A stretch of DNA of 64,000 nucleotides from Candidatus Latescibacterota bacterium (GTDB lineage Bacteria > Latescibacterota > UBA2968 > UBA8231), in the NCBI GenBank assembly GCA_965221775.1, contig CBDCSU010000004.1:1-64000 (forward strand), in the 5' to 3' direction. Under the pieces are notes generated by a model, which did no database searches, was not told the origin of the DNA, and saw nothing but the letters and a program-made list of their open reading frames with translations. Both the position numbers and the translations under genes were made by a program. This document shows, one piece after another, positions 37,883-47,540 of the stretch; the first letter of the stretch is position 1; the number at the start of each line of letters is the position of its first letter.

Positions 37883-38734
37883 ATGGAAAAGCGCGAGTAT
37901 GGAAACACGGGGGAGAGCCTCTCCATCGTCGGCTTCGGCGGCATCCTGGTGAGCGGGGTCGACGCGGACGAGGCGAGGGGCCTGGTGGCCGAGGCCGTGG
38001 ACCGCGGCGTCGACTACTTCGACGTGGCGCCCACGTACGGCAACGCCCAGGAGATGCTCGGGCCGGCCCTGGAGCCCTACCGCAAGGGGGTGTTCCTGGC
38101 CTGCAAGACCACCGAGCGCACGGCGGAGGGGGCGCGGCGGGAGCTGGAGGAGTCCCTGCGCCTGCTGCGCACCGACCACGTCGACCTCTACCAGCTCCAC
38201 GCCGTCAACACCGACGAGGACTTCGAGCAGGTGATGGGGCCGGGCGGCGCCCTGGAGCTGTTCCGCGAGGCGAGGGAGCGGGGGATGACCCGCTACCTCG
38301 GCTTCTCGTCCCATTCCTCGGAGACGGCCCTGCGCCTGATCGAGGCGGTGGACTTCGACTCGGTCCTGTTCCCCGTGAACTGGTCCACCTGGTTCGCCGC
38401 CGACTTCGGCCCCGCCGTGGTCGCCGCCGCCGAGGCCCGCGGCACCGCCCGCCTGGCGCTCAAGTCCCTGGCCCGCGGCAAGATGGCCGCCGGCGCCGAG
38501 CGCAGGTGGGCCAAGTGCTGGTACGAACCCCTGGAGGACCGCGAGCTGGCGGACCTGGCCCTGCGGTTCAGCCTGTCGCAGCCGGTGACGGCGGCGATCC
38601 CGCCCGGAGAGCCGGCGCTGTTCCGCATGGCCCTGGAGATCGCCGAGAGCTTCACGCCGGTCACGGAAGAGGAGGCGGCCCGGCTGCGGCGGGAGGCGGC
38701 CGGCAGCCGGCCGATCTTCGAGCTGGCCGCCTGA
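37883..38734 (+). CDS. Aldo/keto reductase
   Basis: IVGFGG, YFDVAPTYG, FLACKT, VDLYQLHA, RYLGFSSH. Confidence 0.92.
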   Translation: MEKREYGNTGESLSIVGFGGILVSGVDADEARGLVAEAVDRGVDYFDVAPTYGNAQEMLGPALEPYRKGVFLACKTTERTAEGARRELEESLRLLRTDHVDLYQLHAVNTDEDFEQVMGPGGALELFREARERGMTRYLGFSSHSSETALRLIEAVDFDSVLFPVNWSTWFAADFGPAVVAAAEARGTARLALKSLARGKMAAGAERRWAKCWYEPLEDRELADLALRFSLSQPVTAAIPPGEPALFRMALEIAESFTPVTEEEAARLRREAAGSRPIFELAA

Positions 38735-38783
38735 GCCGGCGGCCGCTGGTAGCTGTGCGGGCCCGGGGTTAGATTCGGCGCGA

Positions 38784-38860
38784 GGGCGATTAGCTCAGCT
38801 GGTCAGAGCGCCTGCCTTACAAGCAGGAGGTCCCCCGTTCGAGCCGGGGATCGCCCACCA
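38784..38860 (+). tRNA. tRNA-Val (anticodon TAC)
   Basis: GGGCGAT/ATCGCCC acceptor stem, D-arm TAGCTCAGCTGGTCAGAGC, anticodon arm CCTGC-CTTACAA-GCAGG, GTTCGAG T-loop, encoded CCA. Confidence 0.97.
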
Positions 38861-39009
38861 GATTTCCCTCTGCGAACCCACCACATCCTGCGCCGCCACT
38901 TTGGCGCATGTCGCTCTCTGACGCGAGCCCCCGGGGCGGCCTTCCCGGGGGCTTCCGGGCGTCCGGCGGCGGTGGGGGCCCGCGATTTTTAGCCAGTGCT
39001 TGCATTATG

Positions 39010-39051
39010 AATTAGCCATGACTAATTTCCAGTTTCATCTATGGCTAATTT
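39010..39051. promoter_or_regulatory. Candidate operator: near-perfect 18-bp palindrome plus an extra half site
   Basis: AATTAGCCATGACTAATT (39010-39027) and ATGGCTAATTT (39041-39051) in an AT-rich patch. Confidence 0.5.
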
Positions 39052-39110
39052 CGAGACCGGTCCTGGCCGGACTCGTCGGAGCGATCTTCAACAACCTCGG
39101 TGACAAGCGG

Positions 39111-39320
39111 ATGCCTGGGATTCCGAGAGATTGGGTTGAGCGGGCGGCCCGAGTCTACAAGAGCAACTCGGAAGCGAGCCAAGCCCTCGGGATCGCGACA
39201 GGCAGCTTCGCCCGCCTGTGCCGCAAGTACGGCATCGAGACTCCCTACGCCCGCCAGGAGAAGGAGCGCCAGGAGGCCAGGTCCCGGCGCAAGCCCAAAG
39301 GGCGGGACCGCGGCCGGTGA
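39111..39320 (+). CDS. Small basic Fis-like helix-turn-helix protein (69 aa)
   Basis: 'NSEASQALGIATGSFARLCRKYGI' resembles the Fis/NtrC C-terminal HTH. Confidence 0.65.
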   Translation: MPGIPRDWVERAARVYKSNSEASQALGIATGSFARLCRKYGIETPYARQEKERQEARSRRKPKGRDRGR

Positions 39321-39437
39321 TCGTGTCGACGCCCCGACCCCGCCCGGCGCGGCTGCAAGGCAGGCGCCCGGGTGCGTCCGGCCGCCGTGACGGGCGATCC
39401 TGAACCGCTGGGCCCGGCCGCCTCCGGGCGCCCGCCC

Positions 39438-40247
39438 ATGCAGGAGTTCCGCCTCGGCCGGCGGCGTCTGCTGCTGTTCCAGGAGGGGGCCGGGCGCCCC
39501 CTCCTGCTGCTTCACGGCGCGGCGGCGGAGCGCGACGAAGAGGAGTGGGACCATCAGTGGCCGGTCCTGGCCTCGGCCGGGTACCGAGTGGTGTTCCCGC
39601 TGCGCGCCGGACGCGGGGGCAGCGATCCCGACGGCCCCGTGACCCTGGCCCGGGACGCCCGCGACGCCTGGGCCCTGCTCGACCACCTGGGACTCGAAGG
39701 AGCGGTGCTCATCGGGCACAGCGCCGGCGCCGCCGTGGCGCGGCAGATGTACCTCACCCGGCCGGAAGGGGTGCAGGCGATGGTCAGCGTCGACAGTGCC
39801 GCCTTCGGCAAGTTCGACTTCCAGAGCGGGGCCTTCGGTCCGGAGCGCTTCGACGAGGCTACCGGCGCCCTCCACGCCAGGCACCGCGAGGCCCTGGCCG
39901 CCCTGGGCCGCGAGTGGGACTATCCGAGCGAGTTCAACGTCGATCACCTGACCCGGCTGATGCGCTGGAGGCGAGCCAACTCGGACCGCCTGGAGGCGGC
40001 CCGGGGAGGCCTCGACCCCGACGACGCGCCCGTTCCCGAGGGCCGCTGGTGCCGGGTGCCCCTACTCGTCTTCGCCGCGGGACGGGGCCGCGTGCGCCCC
40101 GGCGATCCCGAGGCCGCGGCCCTGGCGGCGCAGCTGCCCGGACGAGAGTCCCGCCTGGAGGTGATCACCGACAGCGGGCACTACATCCAGCAGGAGCAGC
40201 CCGAGGAGTTCAACGCCAGGCTGCTCGATTTCCTGGCCGGCCTGTAA
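39438..40247 (+). CDS. Alpha/beta hydrolase (start uncertain)
   Basis: PLLLLHG, LIGHSAGA nucleophile elbow, SGHYIQQEQPEEFN. Confidence 0.88.
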   Translation: MQEFRLGRRRLLLFQEGAGRPLLLLHGAAAERDEEEWDHQWPVLASAGYRVVFPLRAGRGGSDPDGPVTLARDARDAWALLDHLGLEGAVLIGHSAGAAVARQMYLTRPEGVQAMVSVDSAAFGKFDFQSGAFGPERFDEATGALHARHREALAALGREWDYPSEFNVDHLTRLMRWRRANSDRLEAARGGLDPDDAPVPEGRWCRVPLLVFAAGRGRVRPGDPEAAALAAQLPGRESRLEVITDSGHYIQQEQPEEFNARLLDFLAGL

Positions 40248-40295
40248 GACTCTGTCGAGGCCGGCGACGGAGCACCGCTGCAGCTGCCGGATCGC

Positions 40296-41360
40296 TCACT
40301 CCCCCGCCAGACCGAGCTCGTCCATCAGTCTGCGCACCGGTGCCCAGATCCCGGTATCGATCCGCAGGCCCTCGGCCAGGGCCCGCTCGCGCTCCCGGTG
40401 GGCCCGCTCGCCGGGCACCAGGACCTCCTCGACCCCCGGCGCCGTCGTCAGCCCCTTGAGCCGCTGCACGTACTCCTCCACGCGGTCGAGGAACCCCTCC
40501 CGCCCGAGGAAGTGTCCGGGGTCGACGGCGAGGACGAAGAGCCCGTTGCGGTCGCTCGACTCGAGGTCGCCGGCGCTGCACCCGGCCCCCGACAGGGCGC
40601 CGGCGAGCACGTCCACCAGCAGGCTCAGGGCGAACCCCTTGTGTCCGGCGAGCAGCCCGCCCAGGGGCAGCAGGGCCGCCCGCGGCGGCACGTCCAGGGC
40701 GGCGGCCGGGTCGCTGCAGGGCTGCCCGGCCCCGTCGATGAGCCAGCCCTCCGGCGCCTCCCGCCCCTCGGCGGCCAGCATCTTCAGCCGGCCCGCGGCA
40801 GCGACGCTGGTGGAGATGTCGATGACGATCGGCGCCGAGCCCCGCCGCGGGATCCCGGCGGCGAGGGGGTTGGTGCTGAGGAAGGGCTCGGTCGAGCCCC
40901 AGGGCGCCACGTTCGGATTGCCGCCGGCGTCGTTGACCAGCAGCAGGCAGACGAACCCCTCCCGCGCCGGCTCGATGACGTAGCTGCCGAGGCGGGCCAC
41001 GTCGGCGGCGCGCACGACGCTGACGCACCCCACACCGCTCCTCGCCGCCATCTCCGTGGCCTGTCCCACGGCCTCGGTGGCGCTCACCGGCCCGAGGCCG
41101 TGGCCGGCGTCCAGGTGCAGGGCCGAGGCGCTGCGGCGCAGGACGCGCGGCCGGACCCCCGGGTGGATGCGTCCCTTGCGGATCGCCTCGACGTAGAGGG
41201 GGACCCGCATGATGCCGTGGGAGAGGTAGCCGGCCATCGTCGCCTCAAGCAGCACCTCGACGACGGTTTCGCGCTCTTCCTCGGAGACACCGGCGCGGGC
41301 GAAGATCTCGCCCATCCGCCGCGCGAGGGCGTCGCAGGTCAGGTGGACGGACCCGTTCAC
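40296..41360 (-). CDS. Ldh_2 family oxidoreductase
   Basis: GYLSHGIMR, STNPLAAG, IDISTS, GHKGFAL, VLVPGE. Confidence 0.9.
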   Translation of the reverse strand: MNGSVHLTCDALARRMGEIFARAGVSEEERETVVEVLLEATMAGYLSHGIMRVPLYVEAIRKGRIHPGVRPRVLRRSASALHLDAGHGLGPVSATEAVGQATEMAARSGVGCVSVVRAADVARLGSYVIEPAREGFVCLLLVNDAGGNPNVAPWGSTEPFLSTNPLAAGIPRRGSAPIVIDISTSVAAAGRLKMLAAEGREAPEGWLIDGAGQPCSDPAAALDVPPRAALLPLGGLLAGHKGFALSLLVDVLAGALSGAGCSAGDLESSDRNGLFVLAVDPGHFLGREGFLDRVEEYVQRLKGLTTAPGVEEVLVPGERAHRERERALAEGLRIDTGIWAPVRRLMDELGLAGE

Positions 41361-42664
41361 GAGGCCGTCTCCGCCTCCATCGCCGACAGCTCCAGGCCGA
41401 CCTGACGCTGGATGGCGGCGACGTACTCGTCCGTCGTGTGGCCCTCGACGCGGGTCTCGAAGCCGTGGTTGCCCCAGCCGCCGACGATCCGCGCCGCCAC
41501 CCGCTTCTCCGGGTCGTTGAAGTGGTAGGCGTGGGTGCGCCGCAGGTAGTCGGGCAGGTCCTCGCCCTCGGTGCGGTAGAAACCCGGGTTGGTGACCACC
41601 ACCTGGGGCGGTTCCGAGGGCCGGGCCGGGCGCGCCGGGACCACGAGGTCGCCCATGAGCACCTCCGCCATCAGCTCCGGCGCCCAGTGGGTGACCGCGT
41701 AGGGCTCGCCGGGATCGACCCAGGGCGCGATCTGGCGGGCCACGACCTCGAACTCGTGCCAGAGCTGCAGCTCGTCGAGTTGGTGGGGCGGCAGCGAGCT
41801 GACCGTCTCGTAGCGCGACCGGTCGCCGCCGGTGCGCAGGTGGTTGAAGACCATGAACCAGTTCACCAGGTCGCGCAGGCCCCGCGGGATCTTGGTGTAC
41901 TCCTCGGTGGCGCGGGGGCTGCAGACGTCGACGAGCACGAGGTGGGGGGCCTCGGCGCTGAGGCGGCGGACGAAGTCGGGGGCGAAGCCGTTGCGCCAGA
42001 ACCGGTCGATGTGGTAAGGGACGGTGAGCCGCATCGACCCGTGGGAGGGGACGCGCTCGTAGTGGATGTCGAAGCCGTCGAGGTACGGCTCGAGGGGCTC
42101 GACCACGAAGATGCGGCCGTAGCGGTCGTTGCCGAGGACGACCACGGGCCGCCGCGTGCCGGCGCGGAAGTCTCGCAGGAAGCGCAGCAGGCCGTGAGCC
42201 TCGTACGCGGTGCGCTTCGCCTCGAGGCGGTCGGTCTCGTCCAGCTCGAAGGGCTCCGGCCGGGACGGCGGCGGCAGCCTCGTGAGGGAGTCGAAGGCGA
42301 GACGGACCTGCTCCGGCTCCTCGGGCCAGTCCCGCTGCCGCCGCGACTCCGCGGCGAAGCGGCGGAACTCCAGCTCGCGCTGCAGCTCGCAGCCGGCGTC
42401 GAACCGCCCCCGCCGGGTCTCCTCGCGCAGCCGGTCCAGCTCGCCGGTGAGGACCGACAGGTCTTGGCTGCCCGCCAGGCAGCGCACCAGGGCCGGCGTC
42501 AGGGTGACGCCGTCGTGGTTCTGGGTGGTCACCGAGGTCACCCAGTCGGCCGCCTGCCTGATGCGGGCCCGGGCTGCCTCTGCGCTGCGGCCCTCGGCGA
42601 AGGGGGTGAGCTCTTCGGCGCTCATGCGCAGAGCGGCCAGGATGGGGTCGTCAGCATCGAGCAT
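41357..42664 (-). CDS. Conserved hypothetical protein
   Basis: 435-aa ORF with typical codon bias, overlapping both neighbours; no family recognised. Confidence 0.75.
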   Translation of the reverse strand: MLDADDPILAALRMSAEELTPFAEGRSAEAARARIRQAADWVTSVTTQNHDGVTLTPALVRCLAGSQDLSVLTGELDRLREETRRGRFDAGCELQRELEFRRFAAESRRQRDWPEEPEQVRLAFDSLTRLPPPSRPEPFELDETDRLEAKRTAYEAHGLLRFLRDFRAGTRRPVVVLGNDRYGRIFVVEPLEPYLDGFDIHYERVPSHGSMRLTVPYHIDRFWRNGFAPDFVRRLSAEAPHLVLVDVCSPRATEEYTKIPRGLRDLVNWFMVFNHLRTGGDRSRYETVSSLPPHQLDELQLWHEFEVVARQIAPWVDPGEPYAVTHWAPELMAEVLMGDLVVPARPARPSEPPQVVVTNPGFYRTEGEDLPDYLRRTHAYHFNDPEKRVAARIVGGWGNHGFETRVEGHTTDEYVAAIQRQVGLELSAMEAETAS

Positions 42665-43946
42665 CGGGATCTCTCCAGGTGCCGACGAGCTCGTCGATGC
42701 CGAACCCGGCGGGCATTTGGCAGTGGAACTGGCGCAGGGGCCGGGACTCGAAGTCGGGAGGGCCTTCGGCCTCCGGCTCGAGCCCGGCGTGGACCGCCGC
42801 GTAGCGCTGGTGCACGACAGCGGCGTCGGCGGCCAGACGCCGCTCCAGGGGAGCGAACCGCCCCCCCAGGGCCTCGGCCTCCGGGGCGCTGAACCGGCGG
42901 CCGATGGTCTCGAAGTACTCCCCCTTCTGGGGTCCGGCCAGCGCCGCGTGACGCTCCGCTGTCCCCATGGCCTGAACCTCCGGGGTGTGCAGGAGGCGGA
43001 CTTTGGCGGCGATCCGGGCGAGGAGCACCACGGCGGTCATGCGCTCCCCGGGGCCGGGGTGCAGGAGGGCGATCCGCTCGCGGAAGGCCGGGCCGTCGCC
43101 CTTGACGGCGCTGCGCAGGGCGGCCTCGATGTCGTCGATCTCCCGATTCAGCAGCGCCACGGCGCGCTCGAAGTGGGTCGCCGCCGGCCGCGACAGGTGG
43201 CGGGTGAATCCCAGGCCCACGTCCCACTCGGGGTAGTGGGCGTAGGGGAAGAGGCCGCCGCCGTGGGAGCGGAATCCGAGGTGCAGGGTGCGCCGCAGCC
43301 GGCTCGAGTAGAAGCTGCCCCAGTGCATGACCAGGTTCGGGTAGACGACGCCGTCGCCGGCGGCTAGCTCCACGGGGATCCCGCCCTTCAGCGGGCCCGT
43401 GGGGTCGAGGAGGAGCTGGCGCCGCTGCTCCTCGTCGGTGGGCCGGTCGTGGCTGCGCGGCAGCACCCAGAACACGTCGTCGTCGTAGAGGGCGATGTTC
43501 CACTGCACGTACCCGGGGCGGTTGGCCATCAGGTCGCGCTGCAGGCCGCACAGCGGCGCCTGCTCGCGGGCGCTGGAGTCCCGGTGCCAGTCGGTGGGCC
43601 CGTGGTCGACGAGACCGCTGCAGAGGACCTGCATGCTCGTGATGCTGGACTCCGGGGCGCCCAGGATCCGGTGGCTGACGCCGTGGACCGCGGCTCCCAG
43701 CAGGAAGTCCACCAGGCCCGCCGTCTCCTCGTCGACCACCTCGTCCACGTTGACCCGCGGCTGCATGGAGGCGTACCACTCGCCGCCGAGGGGCCCGCCC
43801 GGATCGCGGCGCTCCAGGGAGCGCGCCTTGCAGCGGTCAACGAGGACCTCGGCCAGGAGCCGCAGCTCCCCGAGCCGGCCGGGGTCGACGGCCCGGCGGA
43901 CGATCAGGTATCCCTCCTCGAAGAACCGTCCCTCGTCGATTTCCAC
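42651..43946 (-). CDS. Phytanoyl-CoA dioxygenase (PhyH)-like protein with C-terminal extension
   Basis: FFEEGYLIVR, WHRD iron motif, VQWNIALYDD, LAAGDGVVY...HWGS...RRTLH. Confidence 0.8.
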   Translation of the reverse strand: MEIDEGRFFEEGYLIVRRAVDPGRLGELRLLAEVLVDRCKARSLERRDPGGPLGGEWYASMQPRVNVDEVVDEETAGLVDFLLGAAVHGVSHRILGAPESSITSMQVLCSGLVDHGPTDWHRDSSAREQAPLCGLQRDLMANRPGYVQWNIALYDDDVFWVLPRSHDRPTDEEQRRQLLLDPTGPLKGGIPVELAAGDGVVYPNLVMHWGSFYSSRLRRTLHLGFRSHGGGLFPYAHYPEWDVGLGFTRHLSRPAATHFERAVALLNREIDDIEAALRSAVKGDGPAFRERIALLHPGPGERMTAVVLLARIAAKVRLLHTPEVQAMGTAERHAALAGPQKGEYFETIGRRFSAPEAEALGGRFAPLERRLAADAAVVHQRYAAVHAGLEPEAEGPPDFESRPLRQFHCQMPAGFGIDELVGTWRDPDARC

Positions 43947-44003
43947 CCCCGACTCCCGCTCTATCTTGATGGAACACCTCCCGCCCCGACCCCGGAGACG
44001 CCC

Positions 44004-45050
44004 ATGCCCCTCGAGCTGATCGCCGACCGCCCCGGACACGCCCTCCTGCGAACCTACGAGGAGCCGCCCCTGGAGCCCGGCCAGGTGCGCGTCCGCAGCC
44101 TCTTCAGCGCCGTCAAGCACGGCACCGAGCTGCGCGGCTTCCGCGCCGACACGCCCGACGCCACCGACCGCTGGGACGGCCGCCTGCGCCTGCACCGGCG
44201 CGGCGAGCCCGAAGCCTCGAAGTTCCCCCGGGCCCTGGGCAATATGTGTCTCGGCGAGGTCGTCCAGGCCGGCCCTGCCGTGGACCGCCTGAAGGTAGGC
44301 GACCGCGTCTTCGAGCACCTGCCCGTGCGCCAGACCCACACCGTCGAGGCCGGCCGCCTGCGCATCGCCCCCGGCGGCGTCTCTCCCCAGGCGCTGATGT
44401 ACTGGGACCCCGCCGACGTCGCCCTCGGCGCCGTGCGCGACGGCCCGGTGCGGCTCGGCGACCGCGTCGCCGTCTTCGGCCTCGGGGCGATCGGCCTGAT
44501 GGCGGCCCAGTGCGCCCGGTTGTGCGGGGCCCGCTGGGTCGCCGCCGTCGACCCCATCGAGCGGCGCCGGGAGGCGGCCCGGCGCCACGGCGCCGACCTG
44601 GTGATCGACCCGGCCGCCACCGACGCCGGCGTGGAGATCAAGGAGCGGACGGAGGGGGCCGGCGCAGAAGTCGTCCTCGAGACCAGCGGCGCCTACGCCG
44701 CCTTCGAGGACGCCCTGCGCGCCTGCTGCTACGCCGGCACCGTGGTCTCCTCCGCCTACTACCACGGCGAGCACAGCCTGAAGCTGGCCGGCGAGTGGCA
44801 CCGCAACCGCATCCAGGTGGTCTCCAGCCGCGCCAACAGCGAGCCCCTGCCGCAGCCGGGATGGAGCTTCTCCCGCATCCAGGGCGAGTCCCTGGCGCTG
44901 CTGGTGGAGGGGCGTCTGCGGGCCGACGACCTCATCGACCCGGTGGTCCCCATGGAACAGGCGGCCTCGGCCTACCACGAGATCGAGGCCCACCCGGAGC
45001 GCTCCATCAAGCTCGGCATCGACCACGCCCTGGGTGGATCCTCCGGGTGA
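44004..45050 (+). CDS. MDR superfamily (zinc-binding-type) alcohol dehydrogenase
   Basis: SAVKHGTE, LKVGDRV, VAVFGLGAIGL, VVLETSG. Confidence 0.88.
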   Translation: MPLELIADRPGHALLRTYEEPPLEPGQVRVRSLFSAVKHGTELRGFRADTPDATDRWDGRLRLHRRGEPEASKFPRALGNMCLGEVVQAGPAVDRLKVGDRVFEHLPVRQTHTVEAGRLRIAPGGVSPQALMYWDPADVALGAVRDGPVRLGDRVAVFGLGAIGLMAAQCARLCGARWVAAVDPIERRREAARRHGADLVIDPAATDAGVEIKERTEGAGAEVVLETSGAYAAFEDALRACCYAGTVVSSAYYHGEHSLKLAGEWHRNRIQVVSSRANSEPLPQPGWSFSRIQGESLALLVEGRLRADDLIDPVVPMEQAASAYHEIEAHPERSIKLGIDHALGGSSG

Positions 45051-45772
45051 AGGTCGCCGCCTGGCAGGCCCCGCTCCTGCCTGTCGGATCGATGCAGGCG
45101 CTGCCCCTGATCGGGGAGCGCGTCGCCGAGTGCGAGAGGCGGGGGGTGGAGGTCCTCTGCTGTCCGGAAGCGATCCTCGGCGGGCTGGCCGACTTCGCCC
45201 CGGAGCCGGGTGCCCTGGCCATCGACGCCGAGGGGGGAGAGCTGGAGCGCGTCCTGCAGCCGCTGGCCAGCGACCGCGTGAGCACCATCGTCGGCTTCAC
45301 CGAGGCCGGCCCCGGGGGGCGCCTCTACTGCTCGGCGGCGGTCTTCCAGGGGGGCGCGGTGACCGGCGTCTACCGCAAGACCCACCCGGCCATCCGGCGC
45401 TCGGTGTACAGCGCCGGCGACCGCACCCCCTGCTGGGAGATCAACGGCCTGAGGTTCGGCATCGTCATCTGCTACGACACCAACTTCCCCGAGCCGGCCC
45501 GCGCCATCTGTGCCCGGGGGGCGTCCGTGCTCTTCATCCCCACCAACAACGGTCTCCCCCCGGAGAAGGCGGACGTGGTCCCCCTGGCGCGCAGGGCGCA
45601 GGCGGAGCGCGCCGTCGACAACGGGGTCCACGTGGTCGCCGCCGACGTGGCCGGCCGCTGCGGGGATCACGTCTCCCGGGGTTCCTCCGGCGTCACCGCC
45701 CCGGACGGGGCTCTGGTGGCCGCGGCCCAGCCCCTGGCCGAGGAGCTTCTGGTGGTCGACCTGCCGGTCTGA
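45047..45772 (+). CDS. Carbon-nitrogen hydrolase (nitrilase superfamily)
   Basis: CCPEA, YRKTH, ICYDTNFPE catalytic triad. Confidence 0.9.
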   Translation: MKVAAWQAPLLPVGSMQALPLIGERVAECERRGVEVLCCPEAILGGLADFAPEPGALAIDAEGGELERVLQPLASDRVSTIVGFTEAGPGGRLYCSAAVFQGGAVTGVYRKTHPAIRRSVYSAGDRTPCWEINGLRFGIVICYDTNFPEPARAICARGASVLFIPTNNGLPPEKADVVPLARRAQAERAVDNGVHVVAADVAGRCGDHVSRGSSGVTAPDGALVAAAQPLAEELLVVDLPV

Positions 45773-45786
45773 GGCCTGACCGGCGG

Positions 45787-46470
45787 TCAGACCCGCTCCA
45801 GGGCCCAGCCCTTCAGCACCCGCGCCATCTCGTCGTAGACATCCTCGTCCGACTGGCGCGACCGCTTGAGCACCTTGAAGCCGTGGTCGGCCGTCTCCAG
45901 CCGATGCAGGGTGGCCTGCTCCAGGCCTTCTACCACCGGCTCCAGCAGCTCCAGCTCGGCCAGCTTGTCCCGCGTCCCGGAGAGGAACAGCATGGGCACC
46001 GTCACCTCCGGCAGGTGGGCGGCGCGGTCCACCGAGGCCCGCCCCGGCGGGTGCAGCGGAAAGGCGAAGAACACCAGCCCCCGCACCCGCGGGATCGGCG
46101 CCTCGGCCGCGGCGTGGCTGGCCATGCGGCCGCCGAAGGAGTGGCCGCCGACGAACAGGGGCAGGTCGGGCGCGGCCTGGTGGGCGGTGGCCGCGGCGGA
46201 GCGCACGGTGGCGTACGCCACCGGCTTCGACTCGGTGCCGCCGCCGCCCCGCTCCATGTAGGGGAAGTTGTAGCGGAATGTGGCGACGCCGGCGTCGGCG
46301 CAGCAGCCGGCGATGGTGCGCAGGTTGCGGTGCCGGCAGTCGGTGCCGGCCCCGTGGCCGAGGACCAGCATGAGCCGCGCCTGCGGCGGGCGGATGGCGA
46401 CGGAGGAGACCTCCCCCTTCTCCGGCGTGGCCGTGAACCGGCCCTCGATCTCCTCGTGAGTCATGCTCAC
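45787..46470 (-). CDS. Alpha/beta hydrolase (KANL3/Tex30-like)
   Basis: LGHGAG, RYNFPY, GGHSFGGRMAS, FPLHPPG, GTRD, ADHGF. Confidence 0.88.
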   Translation of the reverse strand: MSMTHEEIEGRFTATPEKGEVSSVAIRPPQARLMLVLGHGAGTDCRHRNLRTIAGCCADAGVATFRYNFPYMERGGGGTESKPVAYATVRSAAATAHQAAPDLPLFVGGHSFGGRMASHAAAEAPIPRVRGLVFFAFPLHPPGRASVDRAAHLPEVTVPMLFLSGTRDKLAELELLEPVVEGLEQATLHRLETADHGFKVLKRSRQSDEDVYDEMARVLKGWALERV

Positions 46471-46519
46471 TCCTCGACGGATGGCGGTGGTGGGTCCGCG
46501 GCTGCGGGACCGAGGGCGC

Positions 46520-47365
46520 TCAGGCGGGGCGCTCTCGGTTGAGCCAGGTCTTCTTCGTGCGCTTCTCGAACCAGGCGGGCATCTCCTTGCGGCGCCAGCG
46601 CAGGAAGGCGCGCTCGTGGACGTCGCGGTTCCGGCGCGAGGGCTCGGCGGGGATCTCGATGGTGGCGTGCAGGATCTGCTGCTCCCGGCGCGACAGGGCG
46701 ACGACCTCCCCCTGGCTGATGATCAGGGTGACGCCCACGTTGGCCTCGACGATGGGCACGCCGTTCTCCCGCGCCCGCGCCAGCACCGCCTTGTCCTGCC
46801 TCCTCGAGCGGCTGCCGAAGGACGGGATCAGCAGGTAGCGGGCGCCGTCGAGGACGGGGATGCGGGCGATGTCGGCGTTCCAGCGGTCGGCGCAGATCAT
46901 GAAGCCGCAGCGGCCGTGGGGGGTGGGGAAGGCGCGCGACTGCCGGCCCAGGCGGTTGAACCACCAGGCCGGGTGGGTGCCCTCGGCCAGCTGCATCTTG
47001 TGGTACTTGCCGCAGACCTTGCCCGCCGGATCGATGAAGACGGCGCAGTTGTGGACGTTGCGGCCCACCTTCTCGGCGCAGCCGAAGGCGAGGCTCATGC
47101 CCAGTTCCCTGGCGAGTGCGCGGAACCGGGAGATCACGGCGCCCTGCATGGTCACCGCCACCTCGCGGATGCGCGCCGCCGGCGCCTCGCCGGCGATGAT
47201 CTCGTTGGTCACGTAGCCTTCGATGACACCCTCGGGGGCCACTGCCAGCTCGGCGCCGTCCGCGGCCGCCCGGCGGAAGCTCTCCTCGAGGCGGTCACAG
47301 TTGTCGGCCAGCTCGAACTTCTCCGGCACGAAGGAGATCGCCGCCACACGCAAGGGTTGGAACAT
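46520..47365 (-). CDS. Carbon-nitrogen hydrolase (nitrilase superfamily)
   Basis: VAPEG, KYHKMQ, MICADRW triad. Confidence 0.88.
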   Translation of the reverse strand: MFQPLRVAAISFVPEKFELADNCDRLEESFRRAAADGAELAVAPEGVIEGYVTNEIIAGEAPAARIREVAVTMQGAVISRFRALARELGMSLAFGCAEKVGRNVHNCAVFIDPAGKVCGKYHKMQLAEGTHPAWWFNRLGRQSRAFPTPHGRCGFMICADRWNADIARIPVLDGARYLLIPSFGSRSRRQDKAVLARARENGVPIVEANVGVTLIISQGEVVALSRREQQILHATIEIPAEPSRRNRDVHERAFLRWRRKEMPAWFEKRTKKTWLNRERPA

Positions 47366-47540
47366 CACACCCTCCTTCCGGCTCTTCGGGCCGCCGCGCC
47401 CGGGGCGGTTCGCGGATCCGGGTCCACGCGCCCGGGGCAGGGAGGCCTCGTCTTTACGTCTACCCAGTTCATCGGCTTCCTTTGACTGCGAAAAAGAGCC
47501 GCCTTCGGCTCCGCCCGGCAAGCCCTCGACGGGAGCCGCC

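Noticed and set aside
38926-38953. Hairpin downstream of tRNA-Val as intrinsic terminator
   Set aside because: GC stem present but no real U-tract; cannot be called with confidence.
38784-39320. Genomic island or prophage integrated at tRNA-Val
   Set aside because: No integrase, phage genes or duplicated tRNA 3' end seen in the window.
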